Source: Takakia lepidozioides
Lineage: Eukaryota > Plantae > Bryophyta
DNA: 64,000 nucleotides
Direction: 5' to 3'
Assembly (NCBI GenBank): GCA_030704615.1
Contig: CM060734.1
Span: forward strand, 30,256,001 to 30,320,000
Below, piece by piece: positions 25,337 through 39,150 of the stretch (position 1 is the stretch's first letter; every line of letters begins with the position of its first letter). The notes beneath the pieces are model-generated. The model worked only from the letters and a program-made list of their open reading frames with translations. It did not search any database and was not told where the DNA came from. The position numbers were made by a program, and so were the translations under genes.

Positions 25337-28300
25337 CATGGTGGAAGCCCGTCGGGTGTACCAGGAGGAGTACGAAGACGACAAATGGGAGGAATTGATC
25401 TGCGAGGCCCACACGAAAGCAAGGGTTGAGGAACCCGATTGTAATAACAGGAAGCCCTTCAAATGCATTTTCTGTAATAGGATCTATAAAGACAAAAAGA
25501 AGCTAAACATTCACAGGATAAACGGATGTGATGCTCGTCAGTACAAGGGTGCCCCTAAACTCAAAATGTACCCTATTTTTGAGGTGGCCCAGAGGGCGGT
25601 CTATGAGGCTGTTCTCACCAAGCACGGTCTGGCGCCTCGAAAAAACTCTCGTCCGCAAAAGGTGGACGTGGATAAGGGCGATACGGTTGTGGACCTGGGC
25701 AGTGCAACATTGCAGAGCACAAAGTTCTCTAGCCAAAGAAACAGACGACACCGGCAGGGGACGGACCCAGGGAATCCAACAATCACCATACCGTCCCTCC
25801 AAATCCAGAAGATTTGTTTAACAAAAATCGACTCAGGGATCTAAATAGAGACGAGGCCACAGAGGCATTTCAAGCAGCTGCTTTGAGATTGCGGTCTGAT
25901 GTTGCTCTTCCACCCAGACCCGTTGTTGTTTCACGGCCAGGCCTTAGCCACCTCATGGACTTCAATCTTTTGCCTCCTGGATTCGTTTCGCCCGACGACC
26001 CTGAATTTTACCGCAGACTTGTGGACCTTTCGGGGTTGCTGCCTACGGTAGATGGTTTATGAAATTCATGGTATGTCCCCTTCTCACCCTCAACAATTTT
26101 ACTTCCAGTCATTTTCTGTCATGCTCATGGATACATGCTTCTGCTGCGGTTGTATCCCATGCATTCATTTCACTACGCCCTGCATCTTCTGCCCAAATGT
26201 GTGGAATGGTGGTGACTTCAATCATACTGGAACCTCCATGCATTCTGCATTTTGAGCTGGTGTTTTGCACATCACGGAATTGGGACTGTGTTCATTATAT
26301 TGTATGACTTGTAATTGGACACGAAGCATTTGGTTTGCATCCATGGCATATTGATGTCCGGTGCATGCTTTTTATCCTTCACTGTCATTCGTTCTGTTCC
26401 GTTCTATGCTAATATGGGGTCCTTCCTGGCGCACGACTGTGGTCGCAGCATGGTGGACCGCCCCCTGACCTTACGGAGCTTTTGAAGAAAACATTAAATT
26501 TGTTTGCAAAACGTCCTGGTTTCACTCCCGACCATGCTGGCCGATACAGTGAATGCGTCGCGGTTGTCGAGTACAACAAATATAGAGCTGCTCTCAATGA
26601 TTACGAAGTGAAGGAGGTTGCAGCTTTGGCTGCGTTGGAGGCTCGAAGACGTCAGTATGTGGAGGCTGGCATGGCCAAATGGGAGAGGGTAACACATGAT
26701 GAATTAGACGAGGCTAAATGGGGCTGGTCGCCCTTGTTCAGAATTCTCAAGATGGTTGAGTTCCCGGACATGCCTAATATTTACAATCATTCGAAACAAG
26801 AAGCCCACAGGCTCATGGACCTTCTTTCGTCAACCCGTGGGAGAGCCCCCGTGTGCCCCCTTTCATGCGGGTTTTGCGCTTGATTTGGATGTGCCACGTT
26901 GATGCGTCTACTCCCTTGTCCACACCCAGGAACTCGGTGTTGCAAGTACTCCTTGAGCAACTTCTGTACACCAGCGAGGGTAAGACTGTGATTAGAAATG
27001 CTGCAACGAATTTCATGTCATTTGGACAGTTACTGTATGGTGGCATGCCCCCCTACAAGGAGGTCAAAAGGGGGGGTGCTCGAAACTGCACATGACCTTG
27101 TTGACCGGCAAGAAGAGGACCGGTTGCGTGTATTGGATTCCATGAATGAGTTCATGCACTGAGTCAGATACAGGGCTGCACAAGTCCTTGCCATTTATAA
27201 TCCTACTTCCTTTGAGGTCTTGTGGTGTGGGCTGGGACTGCCAGGACATGGTGTTGATAAGGCCCTCCAGGATTTCAAAGCTGCCTTGAAGTATCAAGAG
27301 GATCTTGATTTGGGTTGGATTGGTCGGGATCCAAGTAGGTGAAATGTCCATCCTTTGCACGATAGTCATTGCAATGTGGATGTTTTTACAATGTCTTCTT
27401 TGTACGTGTAAGTATGTGTGCTGCTTTGAAATGGAAGAGGTGCTTAAGTGTACTCCACCTTGACCTGTGCAGGCTCTCTTGATTACAATGACTCTGAAGT
27501 CAATGAGGCATTCCAATGTGCGCAAAAATCTGCAGATATTGTTGCTCTTGCCAGGCTGGGGTGCCACAGAATACGCACTCGTGGATCGTTGGGGTTGCTT
27601 CTCCTTCCCAGAGTAGGCAATGGATCGCCCCCCCGCTACCCCACAGGGGATACAAATATCCACGTGTTGGTGGATGCGGCTGACATAGCCTCCAAGAACG
27701 TGGGTAGCCCTCCGCGTGTAGATGATTTGGTACAGCCTGAAGTGAAAACAGTCGTCCAACTTCAGATTCAGTTGGCCCCCTTCCTGCTGTGGTGGACAGT
27801 GTTACAGATGCACCCACAGCGAAACCTGCATGTGCAGACGATGTGGACGCCGGCGTAAACGTCCTTCACCCCCATGACAAAGACACCTCTGCAGATGTCT
27901 CTGCCGACATTCTTTGCCCCCAACCAGGTCTCCTGACTCAACTTGAAATGGACCTTGCTGGCAGTCAGGTATTTCCCGATCGTGGTGGACTTCTGCCCCC
28001 TGTGGCCTCTTGCAATTCAGCACATCCTTTTCTGAGTCCTGCACCCCCTTAGTGTCCAATGTCCCCTTGATGATTCTGCATTTGTTTCTACGGCAACCAT
28101 TGTTGGGTCCTCATAAACCCCCCATGTCCATCTTTTTGAAGAGCCCCGAACGCCACATCAGAAAATCTCTGCATTGCCTTCCCCCATTCGTCCCCGGGAG
28201 ATTGTCTTTCCCTCGGGTGTGAATACATTTGACAGTACATACGCCACAGCACAGACTCAGGGTGACGTGGATGGGAGTGTGCAGGGCAGACGTAAGCCTG

Positions 28301-29600
28301 CCCGCAATGTCACATTCGCCAGCCCCATTGCCATCGCGGCTGATAGCGCGAGTGATGCAATGCACCATTTTCCAGATGAGGTTCCACCCAATGCTGTACT
28401 TGTAGTTCCAAGCCAACGAACTAAAACGAGGAAGAGGTAAGCATTCCTGCATGTAACATGTTTTTTTGTATGTGTGTTGTTGCACGAGCACTTGCATGTG
28501 CGTGTGAATGGTTCCTCGGCACTATGCAAGATACATAGCGAGATGGAAAAAGTATTGTGAGTTCAACGCCCGTGCACCCTTCTTTACAGTAAATGATATC
28601 GTATACCTTCAAATCCTCTTGCGAATTGCACCAGCATTGTCATTGACCATGCGCATTTGCCTTAAACGCATGTGTGGTGCGTGTTTCCAGGATTGCCTGT
28701 GGTACGCTTGTCCGACCAACAACAGACATATGGTTTATGCAAGATGCATTCTCCCCTCAGATCCCTCTTAGACTAGAAGATGCAGATGACCTGGTGCATG
28801 CAAGGGGCTGGACAAGCGACCGCCTCATGGACGTCTGGGTTTCTTGCAAAACACTTTCCCTCCCTACCACTGTACGCAGTAAAGTGCGATTTCTAGACAG
28901 TTTCACTTGGATTTGTCTTCGAGACCATTGCAGTGCATATGGGACAACAGTTGAGTCCATACAGACTTGGATGGACAGACAATTCCCTACTCTGAATTGT
29001 GTTGGTGTGGAAGCGCTCATTGTCCCTGTTACTTTTGAGTGAGTTTTCTGCACACCCTGCCCCTTTGTCTCGCTTCCATACGCATTTTGCATGTGGAATC
29101 GTGTGTTTCGTGGATATGACGATGTTGAAAGTCTGCATGTATTTGTGCAGCAACCACTGGAGTGTCGTAATAATGGAACCCATGCGCCACCCTCACTTGA
29201 ATAGCATTAAAACATGCACAAACACAAGAGGTTGAAGCCACTATTTGCTAGATTCTAGGCTATGGCAAGAGGATTCTACCCTCCAGACCCAAGGTGGGTG
29301 GAGGCCACCGATCCTATGCGATGGGTGTACCCCCAGTTCCCAGCAATCCTCCACATGGGAATGTGGCCTCTTCACAGCTCATTACATTGACTTGTACCTT
29401 GACCAATGCTTCGTGAACCCTGTGCCGGGTGGTGCAGGTCCGGTAAGCACTCAGTCGAACCTCCATGGTCTGAATCTCATTCCTCTTGGCAATTGTGCAC
29501 GGGTGCCGTTTATGTCCTTCCACATTTTCTTCATGCACATACAACCTTGATGCCACTCGCATATTGTTTACAGCTAAACCAGGATTGGTTTACACTCCCG
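25337..29600 (+). pseudogene. Degenerate multi-exon gene: N-terminal C2H2-like zinc finger, unknown central region, C-terminal Ulp1/C48 (SUMO-protease-like) peptidase
   Basis: KPFKCIFCNRIYKDKKKLNIHRINGC (~25450-25530). C48 motifs in order: WTSDRLMDVW, FLDSF, LIVPV|(intron)NHWSVVIM, LDS, QQSSTWECGLF (28800-29400). Several frameshifts and stops; whether all pieces are one gene is inferred. Confidence 0.6.
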
Positions 29601-32600
29601 CAGCCTCCCGCACAGGCCGGACATATGGTGGTCGTGCATAGGGGAGGCCATGTCCTGCTCGGCCTTCCAGCTCTGCCATGACCAAGTTGCAAATTTGCTG
29701 TCTCTTTGCAACAGCAGAGCACCATGGGCTCAGTCACTCCCCCCCCCATTTTTTTGTTTTTTGGTTTCCTGATCTCTCCCTCTCTCCCTCTCCCTCTATA
29801 ACTCTTTGGATTTCATCTGACCTTAACCTTTTGAGGTTATTTAGTTTTTCATCCCAGCCTTTTTCATCCAAATTTGGATGATTTTATTATAGGGTGATGA
29901 AACTTAATGTACAGAAAGCTGGATTTATCATCTATTTCTTTCATCTAAACTGGATGATCTACATAAATAATGGTTACCTATTATAAAATCCAAGAGAATA
30001 ATAAAACTACCATCATAAATGATGGCAGTTATTAAACCTAAGCCTATACCATAACCCTAAAAGATACATTTCTATGGGATGTCATCCATTGACAAGGTGC
30101 CTCTCTTGGTAAAATGTGATTTTTCATCCACCCTGGATGAAAAATCGGGAAGTTTTGCCCTAAGCAGGCCGACACACTTCACAGCACTGAACTCGTGCTT
30201 CAGTGAACCTTGATGATGCGCCGTATAAACCTGCTCCCCTGCTGCTACATGGTACTCGTGATGGCTGGCTCTTGGGATGCGCATTGGTGGTTAAACAGAT
30301 TCTTCTCTGGCAGACGACAAAGCGGTGATCGCTTTGATCAGAAACTCTGATTGCGTTCTGTTGGAGACGATCTGTTGGACGCCATGGCGTAGGGCATACC
30401 ACAAACACTCAAGGTTTTTTGAGTTTACCCTTGCTTGAATTGTGATCTGTACTTGCTTTAGAATTCAACACTGACATGGATAGCAACTGTGAAGACCTGC
30501 CATTTACCTGTTGCATCCTCACTAACACACATCGCTATGTAGTGGTTTTTGGGACGGGCACAGGTGAGGGTCTTCACTTGTCTTGATTTCTTGAAAGCTT
30601 GCAGCTCCTGTTCTTGCAAATGTGGATTCTGCTGCTGCCTATGCTGCTGATGCCAGCTACTGTTTCAAACTGCCACCATGCCGCTTCAGACCTGCTCCAA
30701 GATGGCTCCAATGAGGATCTGCTTCTCTCCTTACCCCTGTTTCTGGTTTTTTACAACCACATTTGCATGTGTAGGAGTTAAGCTATGAAGGATACAAGGA
30801 TACAAAATAGCAGTTATTACTCTAACTGCCTTGATACTTGGCTCTGAAATGAAACTTCTTGGTAGACTCTGATGGATCAAAAGGATAGGCTTTGATAGAT
30901 AACACACATTCTTCAAGGCCCTCATATCATTTTGGTTTCATGGCTTGATAACAAACAGGGGTTTCTGAGCTGCTCTTTCACCTTGGCAGAACTATTTTAT
31001 GAGGCCTTAAAATACCATTCTAGGCCTATACCTGCTTAAGGGGGCTCTACCCTTTTGTTTCTTCTTTCTTTTTTAAGAATCTTGCTTATATCTTGGTTCT
31101 AAAACATCATCTTCAAACCAAACCTGCAATCTGGTTTTTGAAATGAGTTTGAAATTGAGATGATGATGCATACTATGGTGCTTTCATGATATGAATGACC
31201 TGGAATCCTACCCTCCCGCCCTGTTTTTTCAGAGACCCTGAAATGTAATGGGGTATTCAAATGAGATTGTAAACATGAAAGGGAATGTTAGATGGTGCCC
31301 TGTAAAGGGCTGTTTTGTCTTTCAATGACAATGACCTTAGCAGTCTTGTCCATGTCTTGACATGACATGTATATCTTCCCTCTCTCTTCCTCTCTTCTGT
31401 GTTGCTCTCTTTTAAGCTCTCGACGAGATAAATTCAAGGTCAGATGATGGGTTCAGCTGCAACATATGTCCAACACCAGATATCCTAAGTTAATCGACTC
31501 TATATCTTGGAAACAGGACCGCCCTGTCAAACAGGGTGAGCCCTGGGAGAAGAGAGTAAAAGACATTCTCAAGGATCTGAATCTGGACCCGCAAGTCTTG
31601 ACCTTGCTGGATAAACCTGACTTAGAGAGTGTAGTGTCCAAAGCCATGTCTGTTACCAGAAAATTGTCCGATGAAAATGAAGTTAGGAAGAAAACTTCTC
31701 TGAACCTGTTTCCAGTCTGTGACATGGGGGAGGACATCATGGATGCGCTCAAGGGTCTATCCCACTCTTGGCACCAGACCTAAATTTAAAGTCAGGGCAG
31801 GAAAACTACCTTTGAACAGAAGCAGAGAGGAAATGGAGAGTGCAATTTCCCTGACGTACCTCTGCTGTTGCGGTGTTGTCGCGGCTGTAAGCGGCGCGGG
31901 TCCCCGTCGCTGCAGGGCGTCTCTCCCCCGCTCACCACGGCTCTCTCTCTCTTCAACTCGTTAGGTCGCGCCTCTGCGCGGCGTTCCTACCACACAGGGA
32001 GAGAGACATCAGCCCGTGCTTAGGGCAAGAAATAAAGACAGATTGTAAGGGAGGAGGCGGTGCTTACCTTGGGCGTTGGAGCGGCGTTGGGGCAAACTCC
32101 TTGGGGCCTTGCGACCACCTCGGGCTCAACAGCAGGTGTGTTTCTCCTCCACCCTAAACCCCACTCTCTGAACTACCTCTCTCCCAAAGAACAAACAAAA
32201 ACGGGAGGGGAAAGAGATGCTTCAAGCACTTAGGGAAGAAAAAAAAGGCGCGGCGCCCACGTGCGACACCCGGCCGTCGCACGCCTGCGCCCGCCCTTTT
32301 TTGAAATGTAAAAATGAAGATTGCGACGGCTAGCCGTCGTTTCTTGCGACCCCCGGCCCCATAAATAAAAAAACACGTCGAGCCCCGCGACGGCTGTCCG
32401 TCGCGGGGTGCAACCCCCAGGTAAAAAAAAAAAAAAAAAAACTGGTCGTCCAAAGTGACGCCAGGGTGTCGTGGGAGGCGACGGCCGGCCTTTCTGGATT
32501 TAGGGTTTAGGGCCTTTTGGGTTTCTTACTTTTTATTATTTTTATTTTTATTTTCATATGGTACTGGGTTAGGGTGTTTGCTTTTCTTTATGGTGCTGGG

Positions 32601-33614
32601 TTTTGGATTGGCGGTTTTGGTTGTGGGTCTTGGGGTTAAAAGGATAAACGATGTAATTATGATTCACATACCCAAAATGTGGTTCAATCTGATAATCGCA
32701 AAGCGCTGGGTCTCAAGAAATTTTTCCATGGTGTGGGCATCCTGAAGATAGAACGAGATGAAGGATTTATTGTCTTGGGCTCTAGCACCATAGGGATGCT
32801 CCGCCTTTGGTTACCAATTTTGAAAGCCCCGAGGCTGAGGCATAGGGTTTTTTTCCAACGGTTTTTGAGAAATGAAAGTGTTGGTGGTGTGTGTTAATTA
32901 GGATGGGATGGTGAGGAAACATCGACCCGTCTCCCTCGAGGATGGGCAGGTAGTACCACATATCGATTGTGGCCCTAGAGCGACCATTTTTCGTGGCGAG
33001 GAGGCACCCATTGCACCTGATCCAATACAGGCAGCCGGGCACAATCGTAGAAGGGACCGGGGCCAAATTTCAGTTGATGCGGAGGATGTTGACACTCCGG
33101 GATCGAGTCGGGCGCGCCGCGGATTGCCCCCTCGCGGGCCACCCCGTCCAACCACGTCCACCTTTGACCCCCCCGACATGATTGAGTGTTGGTGCACTAA
33201 GTGTTGGGAACGGATACCGTCAGGCGGCACCAGACCACCGAGGCGGCGACCGCATATTATCGAAAAACATTACAAGAAGAACAAGATTGCGGATGCGGCA
33301 AAGGTGAGTGTTTTTCCCACCCCTCTCATTAACATTCATTTAAGGTACATTTAGGTTTATCTAATAATATAGTATGATTGGTAAGCATACATGAATCAAA
33401 ATTACGACATAAGTATTGATGCGTCGTTCACTACGCACATTGCAGCCACGACTTGATGCCCAAGCTCGCAATCACATTGCACAGGAGGCATTTCGCGCCG
33501 GTCTACTTGCAAAATTTGTGCCAGAGCATGTGCCCGATGTGACCAGTTGGTTCCCCCAGCAGCACGTAGATGAGATGCGTAGGGTCGAGGGGTATCGTAG
33601 GTGTTGTAGGTGTT

Positions 33615-34535
33615 ATGGCCGGCGACGAGCAGGCCCACCCCCCCCCCCCCTCTGTTTCTTTGCCTGATCCGGACGTTGTTACCCCGGCTGCACCTCCGAC
33701 ATTACATCCTCAACCACCTCCACTTTCATCTCATCTGCCAGCAGTACTACCTCCACCTCCACGTGCATGTGCCCCCCGAACCCCTAGGAGGGATCGGCTT
33801 CGCCCTAGGTTTCCTCCCCTTCGGCTTGGGCGGCCTGAGCCGAATCCTCGCCCCCGATGGGAAGCGCATAGGACTATGTTACTGAGGACCGTCCAGCCTC
33901 GTTGTTGGGGGAATCATCTCGACCCTCCCACCCCCATCCGAGAAAATGTGGAGTTCGAGTATTGGGGGAGACGGTATGTTGTGAGAGCCGCTACAGACCC
34001 TGCTATGGGTCGAGGTTTATTCACGGTCAATGATATTGTGGTTCATCCTTGGAGAAACAGCATGGTGAACTTTTCTCCCTACTACGGTCCATACTACACT
34101 TCCGCGGAGTTCCGTACATTACGCCTCGAAGCCCCATATATCCTACCCTACATTTTGTGTGTCAACGGACAGGATGTACGTAGACGGGGGTTGTCTCCCA
34201 TTGAGATCAAATTTTGTGATGGTGACCCCGATGTCTTTGGCAATGTTGCTGGGCTGGTCAATAGTTCTTTTGGTCATCCTAAGAGAACCAATGTAGTATG
34301 GGACGAGCGAAGCGATGGGCATGAGAGCTTTTGTGGTCATACGTCAGTATACTGTGAGGGGATGCACATGTTTGTGATGACATGTGCTAGTAAGACTATT
34401 AGGGCTGGCAGCAAACTATTTGCATCATACGAGTTCTCCCGGGATGATTGGGACCTCCGATTACAGCGTGAGTGGGATGTGTATGATAGAAATAGGATTC
34501 TCTTGAGACAGGGATCGCGTAGAGGGGCATTGTAG
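33615..34535 (+). CDS. SET-domain protein with Pro-rich N-terminus (putative lysine methyltransferase), carried inside the CACTA element
   Basis: Uninterrupted ORF (ATG 33615) with SET motifs in canonical order: MGRGLFTVNDI (GxGLF), YYGPYY (YxG), AGLVNSS (cf. RFINHS), TIRAGSKLFASY (cf. IxxGEELxxxY). Confidence 0.72.
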   Translation: MAGDEQAHPPPPSVSLPDPDVVTPAAPPTLHPQPPPLSSHLPAVLPPPPRACAPRTPRRDRLRPRFPPLRLGRPEPNPRPRWEAHRTMLLRTVQPRCWGNHLDPPTPIRENVEFEYWGRRYVVRAATDPAMGRGLFTVNDIVVHPWRNSMVNFSPYYGPYYTSAEFRTLRLEAPYILPYILCVNGQDVRRRGLSPIEIKFCDGDPDVFGNVAGLVNSSFGHPKRTNVVWDERSDGHESFCGHTSVYCEGMHMFVMTCASKTIRAGSKLFASYEFSRDDWDLRLQREWDVYDRNRILLRQGSRRGAL

Positions 34536-35499
34536 ATATTCTCATGATGTACTTTGTATACATCCGATTAATCAATTGATGCAAAAAAAATTCTTGTTGC
34601 TCGTGTGGGTTGCAACTTTGCATATGTGATCTAAACATACTTATGCACATGTGGACCAAATATGAGCTTGAACCAAGTTGATTCAATGGGTCATTCTAGT
34701 GTTGAACGCAACTACGTGTCATAGAGACGAAAAATTGTGTTTCGCCTGCAGATGATTTTTTTTTTATTCCATTTTCAAGCCATATGCTTAATGATAGCAT
34801 ATGCAATGTGCATGAAAAATTTGGGAGTAAACAAAAGTCATTTGGACCCATAACCAGATTTTATTCTCTCATTTGCACTCTAAAGTTGAGTTATCTTCAA
34901 CTTCATGCATTCTTCATAGAGAGTTTTGCAAAAATGACCCTAGAAACACACTTAGTTTTTTTCCATTTTTTTTTTGTCCCATGTTTTGCATGGATGTAGT
35001 GGTGCAAAGCCCGGTGTCACAAAACAAAATAGAGCTAAAAATAAAATCATTACGCCCCTCAAAACCGCAATCATATATTTTCTAAATGCAAATATTTATT
35101 TTAAATCCATTTAAATTCGATTTAATTCAAATTTGGTGCAAGGGTGAATTTGTCGTTGGGGAGGCAATTTTTTTTTTTTTTTTCCTGGATCTTTGTACAG
35201 GTGTTGCACACATATTCAAGCACATTTAGGAAAAAATGAAGCTTGAGCCACATCCGTTTGTTGGGTGCAATGGCATGAGAGGATTTTCTTTCACATTAAT
35301 AAACAAAAATTGGTTGATAGGGTGAATGCGTCATTGGGGGGGCAAATGATTTTGTTTGGGTTTGAGACTTTGCATGCGTGTACGTTGCGCACATACATGC
35401 AATTATTGAATGACATATTTGATGCACACAGACATTGAAGGTTGTTGTTTGCATTTCGCTTATAATGAAGTGTATGGTTGCAAGGATACATTATAATAT

Positions 35500-38400
35500 A
35501 TGTCCCTATGTTCATTTGTTCGTATTAGGACTTTGTCCATCATTTCCCAGTTTTTTCTCTTGGCACCCCATCCGAAAACAACCCAAGTACATCAGGCGGG
35601 AGCCGTGGGCGCTGATGCATCCCATGAAGAGGGAACCCGGCCAATCGATGATCCTGAAATGGCCCCCTCAAATGACATGGAGAGGGAGGCGAGAATTTCC
35701 TTGTACGAAGGGGCGAAAGTGAGTCGACTTTCAACAATCTTACTTTTGCTCAATCTTCAAATTCGATTTGGCATAAGTGATGTTGGGATGTCTGCCATAA
35801 TGCGAACTATTGCAGACTATATCCTTGCTCCACACTTGAAACCCAAGATGCCACGGTCGCGGAAAGAGGCGCGCGAAGTCTTGGACTCTGTGGGGATGGG
35901 CTATAAGATTTTTCATGCATGTCCATGTGATAAAACCCTATACTACGGAGAGGATTCGCATCTCACCAAGTGCCCAAAGTGCAAGAAAGACCGATATCGG
36001 GATGATGTCCAAGGGAAAAAAATACCACGCAAGATATAAGTGTCATTCCCCCTCGCATGGAGATTATTTTCTTTAATCTTCTCAATGTATGTAAAGTGTA
36101 TTCCACAAAGTTTAGGGTTTAGAGAGTAGTACTCATGCAAGATCTGATTGTGGTTTTGGAAGGAGTGAGTGAGGAGTGGAAGGAGCGACGTTTGATTTTG
36201 ACCATTCACACCCAAATGAGGGAGAGGCTGCATAAAGGGAAAGACATAAGGGTATTGTATTATGTGTACTAATGGGATGATTACATGTGGGGGGCATGGG
36301 CTATTTCATCCTAGAAAATGCATTACTTTCTGATCATCCCGCGATTGAGAGCACAATACCGAAGCCCCGAATTGGCCAGACTGATGAGATGGCACGCCTC
36401 GCATCGGAGCCCCCCGGGAAAGATGTGCGGGCCACAAGATTCACAAGCATGGAGGCATATTGAAGAGATGTGGCCTTTTCTCTTGGAGGACCCACGACAT
36501 GTCCACCTCGGCTTCTCCTCGGATGGGGTCAACCCATTCTCTGTCCAGTCATGTAGTCATTCCACTTGGCCGGTGACCATGGTGAATTACAACATCCCTC
36601 CGTATCGTTCAATTAAAAAATACCATATCATGTTGGCTGCCATTGTGCCAGGTGAGTGTACTCATTTCATGTTTATGATTGTCTTAGACTTTACATTAAA
36701 CTTCTGATCTCTGACGTAATTCGGATGCAAGATTGATGAGTGACATGATCATGGAGTAAGACGTGTAATTCATTTTGTAGTATAATTTGCATATTGGTGG
36801 AGCATTGAAATAATGATGTGAATGTCTCATAGGGAAAAAACAAGTGGCAAACATGGACACGTACTTGCGACCTCTTGTTGATGAACTTAAAGAGCTATGG
36901 AGGGGGGTCCCGACATTGGATGCTTCACTTGACCCTATGGCCGGACAATCTTTTCAGATGAGAGACATCTTGCTTTGGACAATGCATGATTATCTATGTA
37001 TATTATGTTCCCCATGAACAACCCGCATACATTCACTTGTCAATGCCGGATAATATCGATGAGGATTGGGATTGATTGAAGTAGCGGTGACAGTCTTATG
37101 CACTGTAGTGGGGTAGATGACATTATGGGCCATGCACATGATAACTTTTTGTTTTTGCTAAGGTGGCAGGATGTGTAGTACAGGACTAACTATTTGCTCG
37201 GGGCTAAGCACCAAATGGTACCATGCATGCTTGCATTGTGGCGATGATCTTGATGCACATAGCTCCCGCCATCTTCACAAGATGGTGTATTCCAACTACC
37301 GCAAATTTCTTCCTATGAGCCATCGATGGAGAAGAAGAGAGAAACACTTGTTTGATGACAAAGAGGAAGTACGTCCCCCCCCTATGACACCGTCCGGGCA
37401 GTTTTGGGAGGACCGATGGAAGGAGGCCCATGCGGGCACGAACGGTGAAGTGACGTGTCCGGCATGAAACGACTTTCAATCTTCTACGAGTTGCCATATT
37501 GGGCGGTACATATTCCACAAAAACACCGTCAATATCCCTATGCATGCATGTGATATTGCACATTTGGTATGCGTTGCATTGTCACTTTCACGTAAAAAAA
37601 TTTGTGTAAGTCTTTGTGGGTGGGGATATATGTAGGACCTGAAGATTCGCCATCTTCTAGATCCCATGCATATTGTGAAGAATGTCTGCTCGTCCTTTTT
37701 TCGGGTTCTTCATGGCACGCCGGCAAAGAAGGGAGTGGCTGCAAAAGGAGATTCTCTCGGTGTTAGAAAGAAGCTTGAGGAGCAGGGGCGCATGCGCCAT
37801 CTATGGGCCGAACAAAATGGTGTGGACCCAAAGGGTGTTGTACGGTGGAAGTATAGGCGCGCACCTTGGCAATGGATAAAGGAGGAATACAAGAAAGTGA
37901 TAGCCACCATAAGTGTTGTCCGAACACCAACTGGTTATGGGTCATCCCTCCGTACGAAGTTCAGTGACGAAGACGGGGTCCATGGTTTGAAGTCTCATGA
38001 CTACCACAATCTATTGCAAGACATCTTGCCCATTGCAGTACGTGGGACATTGACTCCCGAGGTTCGTGAGACAATCTATAGATTGGGAGGCTTGTTCCGG
38101 TGGATTTGCTCCAAAGAGTTGGAAGAAGCAGATTTTCCACGCATGAAGAAGGAGGCGGCGGAGGTAATGTGTATGTTGGAGATGCACCTTCCTCCCTCCT
38201 TCTTTGACATCCAAGTGCACTTGGTAGTGCACTTAGTGGAAGAGGCTTCGATTGTCGGCCCCGTTTATTCTCGGTGGATGTACTTCCTTGAGCATTATAT
38301 GAAGACTTTGAAAGGATTTGTAAGACAAATGGCGCACCCGGAGGGTAGCATGGCGGAGGGGTATACGTTGCAAGAAGCTATGTTCTATTGCACGGAGTAC

Positions 38401-39150
38401 ATGGCAAGGATGGATGAGGAAGCCCCTCGGATGTGGAAGGAAGAGGAGGATTCACGAACCAATGACATCGTTTTGCCCAAAAAATCGAAGAGGGTAAAAT
38501 TGCCGACCTTGGTGATTGAGCAAGCGCATGACTTCATACTGAAGAACACCCCATCCATACATGAGTGGGAGGCAAGATACAATAATCTTGTTCAGCAACG
38601 AGAGGAGAAGACGCTTGCATGGAGGCGGAACCATCCAAGGCCGGTTACTAGACGCCCACGACGAGGAGCGGGCCGCCGGAATGTTTCTTCACAAAATTTG
38701 CCCATGGAATTGCAGCCTCTAAGTTCATTCCAACAGTGGCTTCGGATTTCAGTTTATTATGCCGTTGCTCAAGGAGAGGTGGTTTCAAATTTGGTGCAAG
38801 ACATTGCAAGGGGCCCCTCTCAATTCGCGACCTCATACACGGCGGTTTGAGTTCACGGTCGTCATTTCCGCATTCGTGCTCTTGACATGAAGCGCAAAAC
38901 AACCTTTGATTTTGGCTTGTGTGCCACATATTGGCAAGACTCCGTGTGGGGCAAGGGAGATACAAGACTTGCTATGAGCAAACTTGAGTACATTGGAGAG
39001 CTTGAGAGCATACTCCAACTTCAGTATACAAGGTACCGGCCTCTTCTCTTCAAGGGAAGGTGGTTCCAGCCACATCTTGTAGGGCCCTCCGCAACACTAG
39101 TGCAAGATGATTGTGGTTTCATGCGCGTCAATGCAGATAGGCTCAACCCT
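35500..39150 (+). pseudogene. CACTA TnpD/Tnp2-like transposase (Transposase_21, DUF4218 and DUF4216-like regions), multi-exon, inactivated
   Basis: HACPCDKTLY..CPKC, IIPRLRAQY..LMRWH, LGFSSDGVNPF..STWPV..NYNIPP, YLRPLVDELK.LW, WTMHDY, HLLDPMHIVKNV, GLKSHDYH, FFDIQVHLVVHL, RWMYFLE, HPEGSMAEGY, YIGELESIL, DDCGF. Premature TGA at 38848-50 and an apparently mutated donor near 36034. Confidence 0.9.

Noticed and set aside
30160-31964. Short ORFs, including 31466..31783, and minus-strand splice-donor-like sites
   Set aside because: No recognisable domain or consistent gene model.
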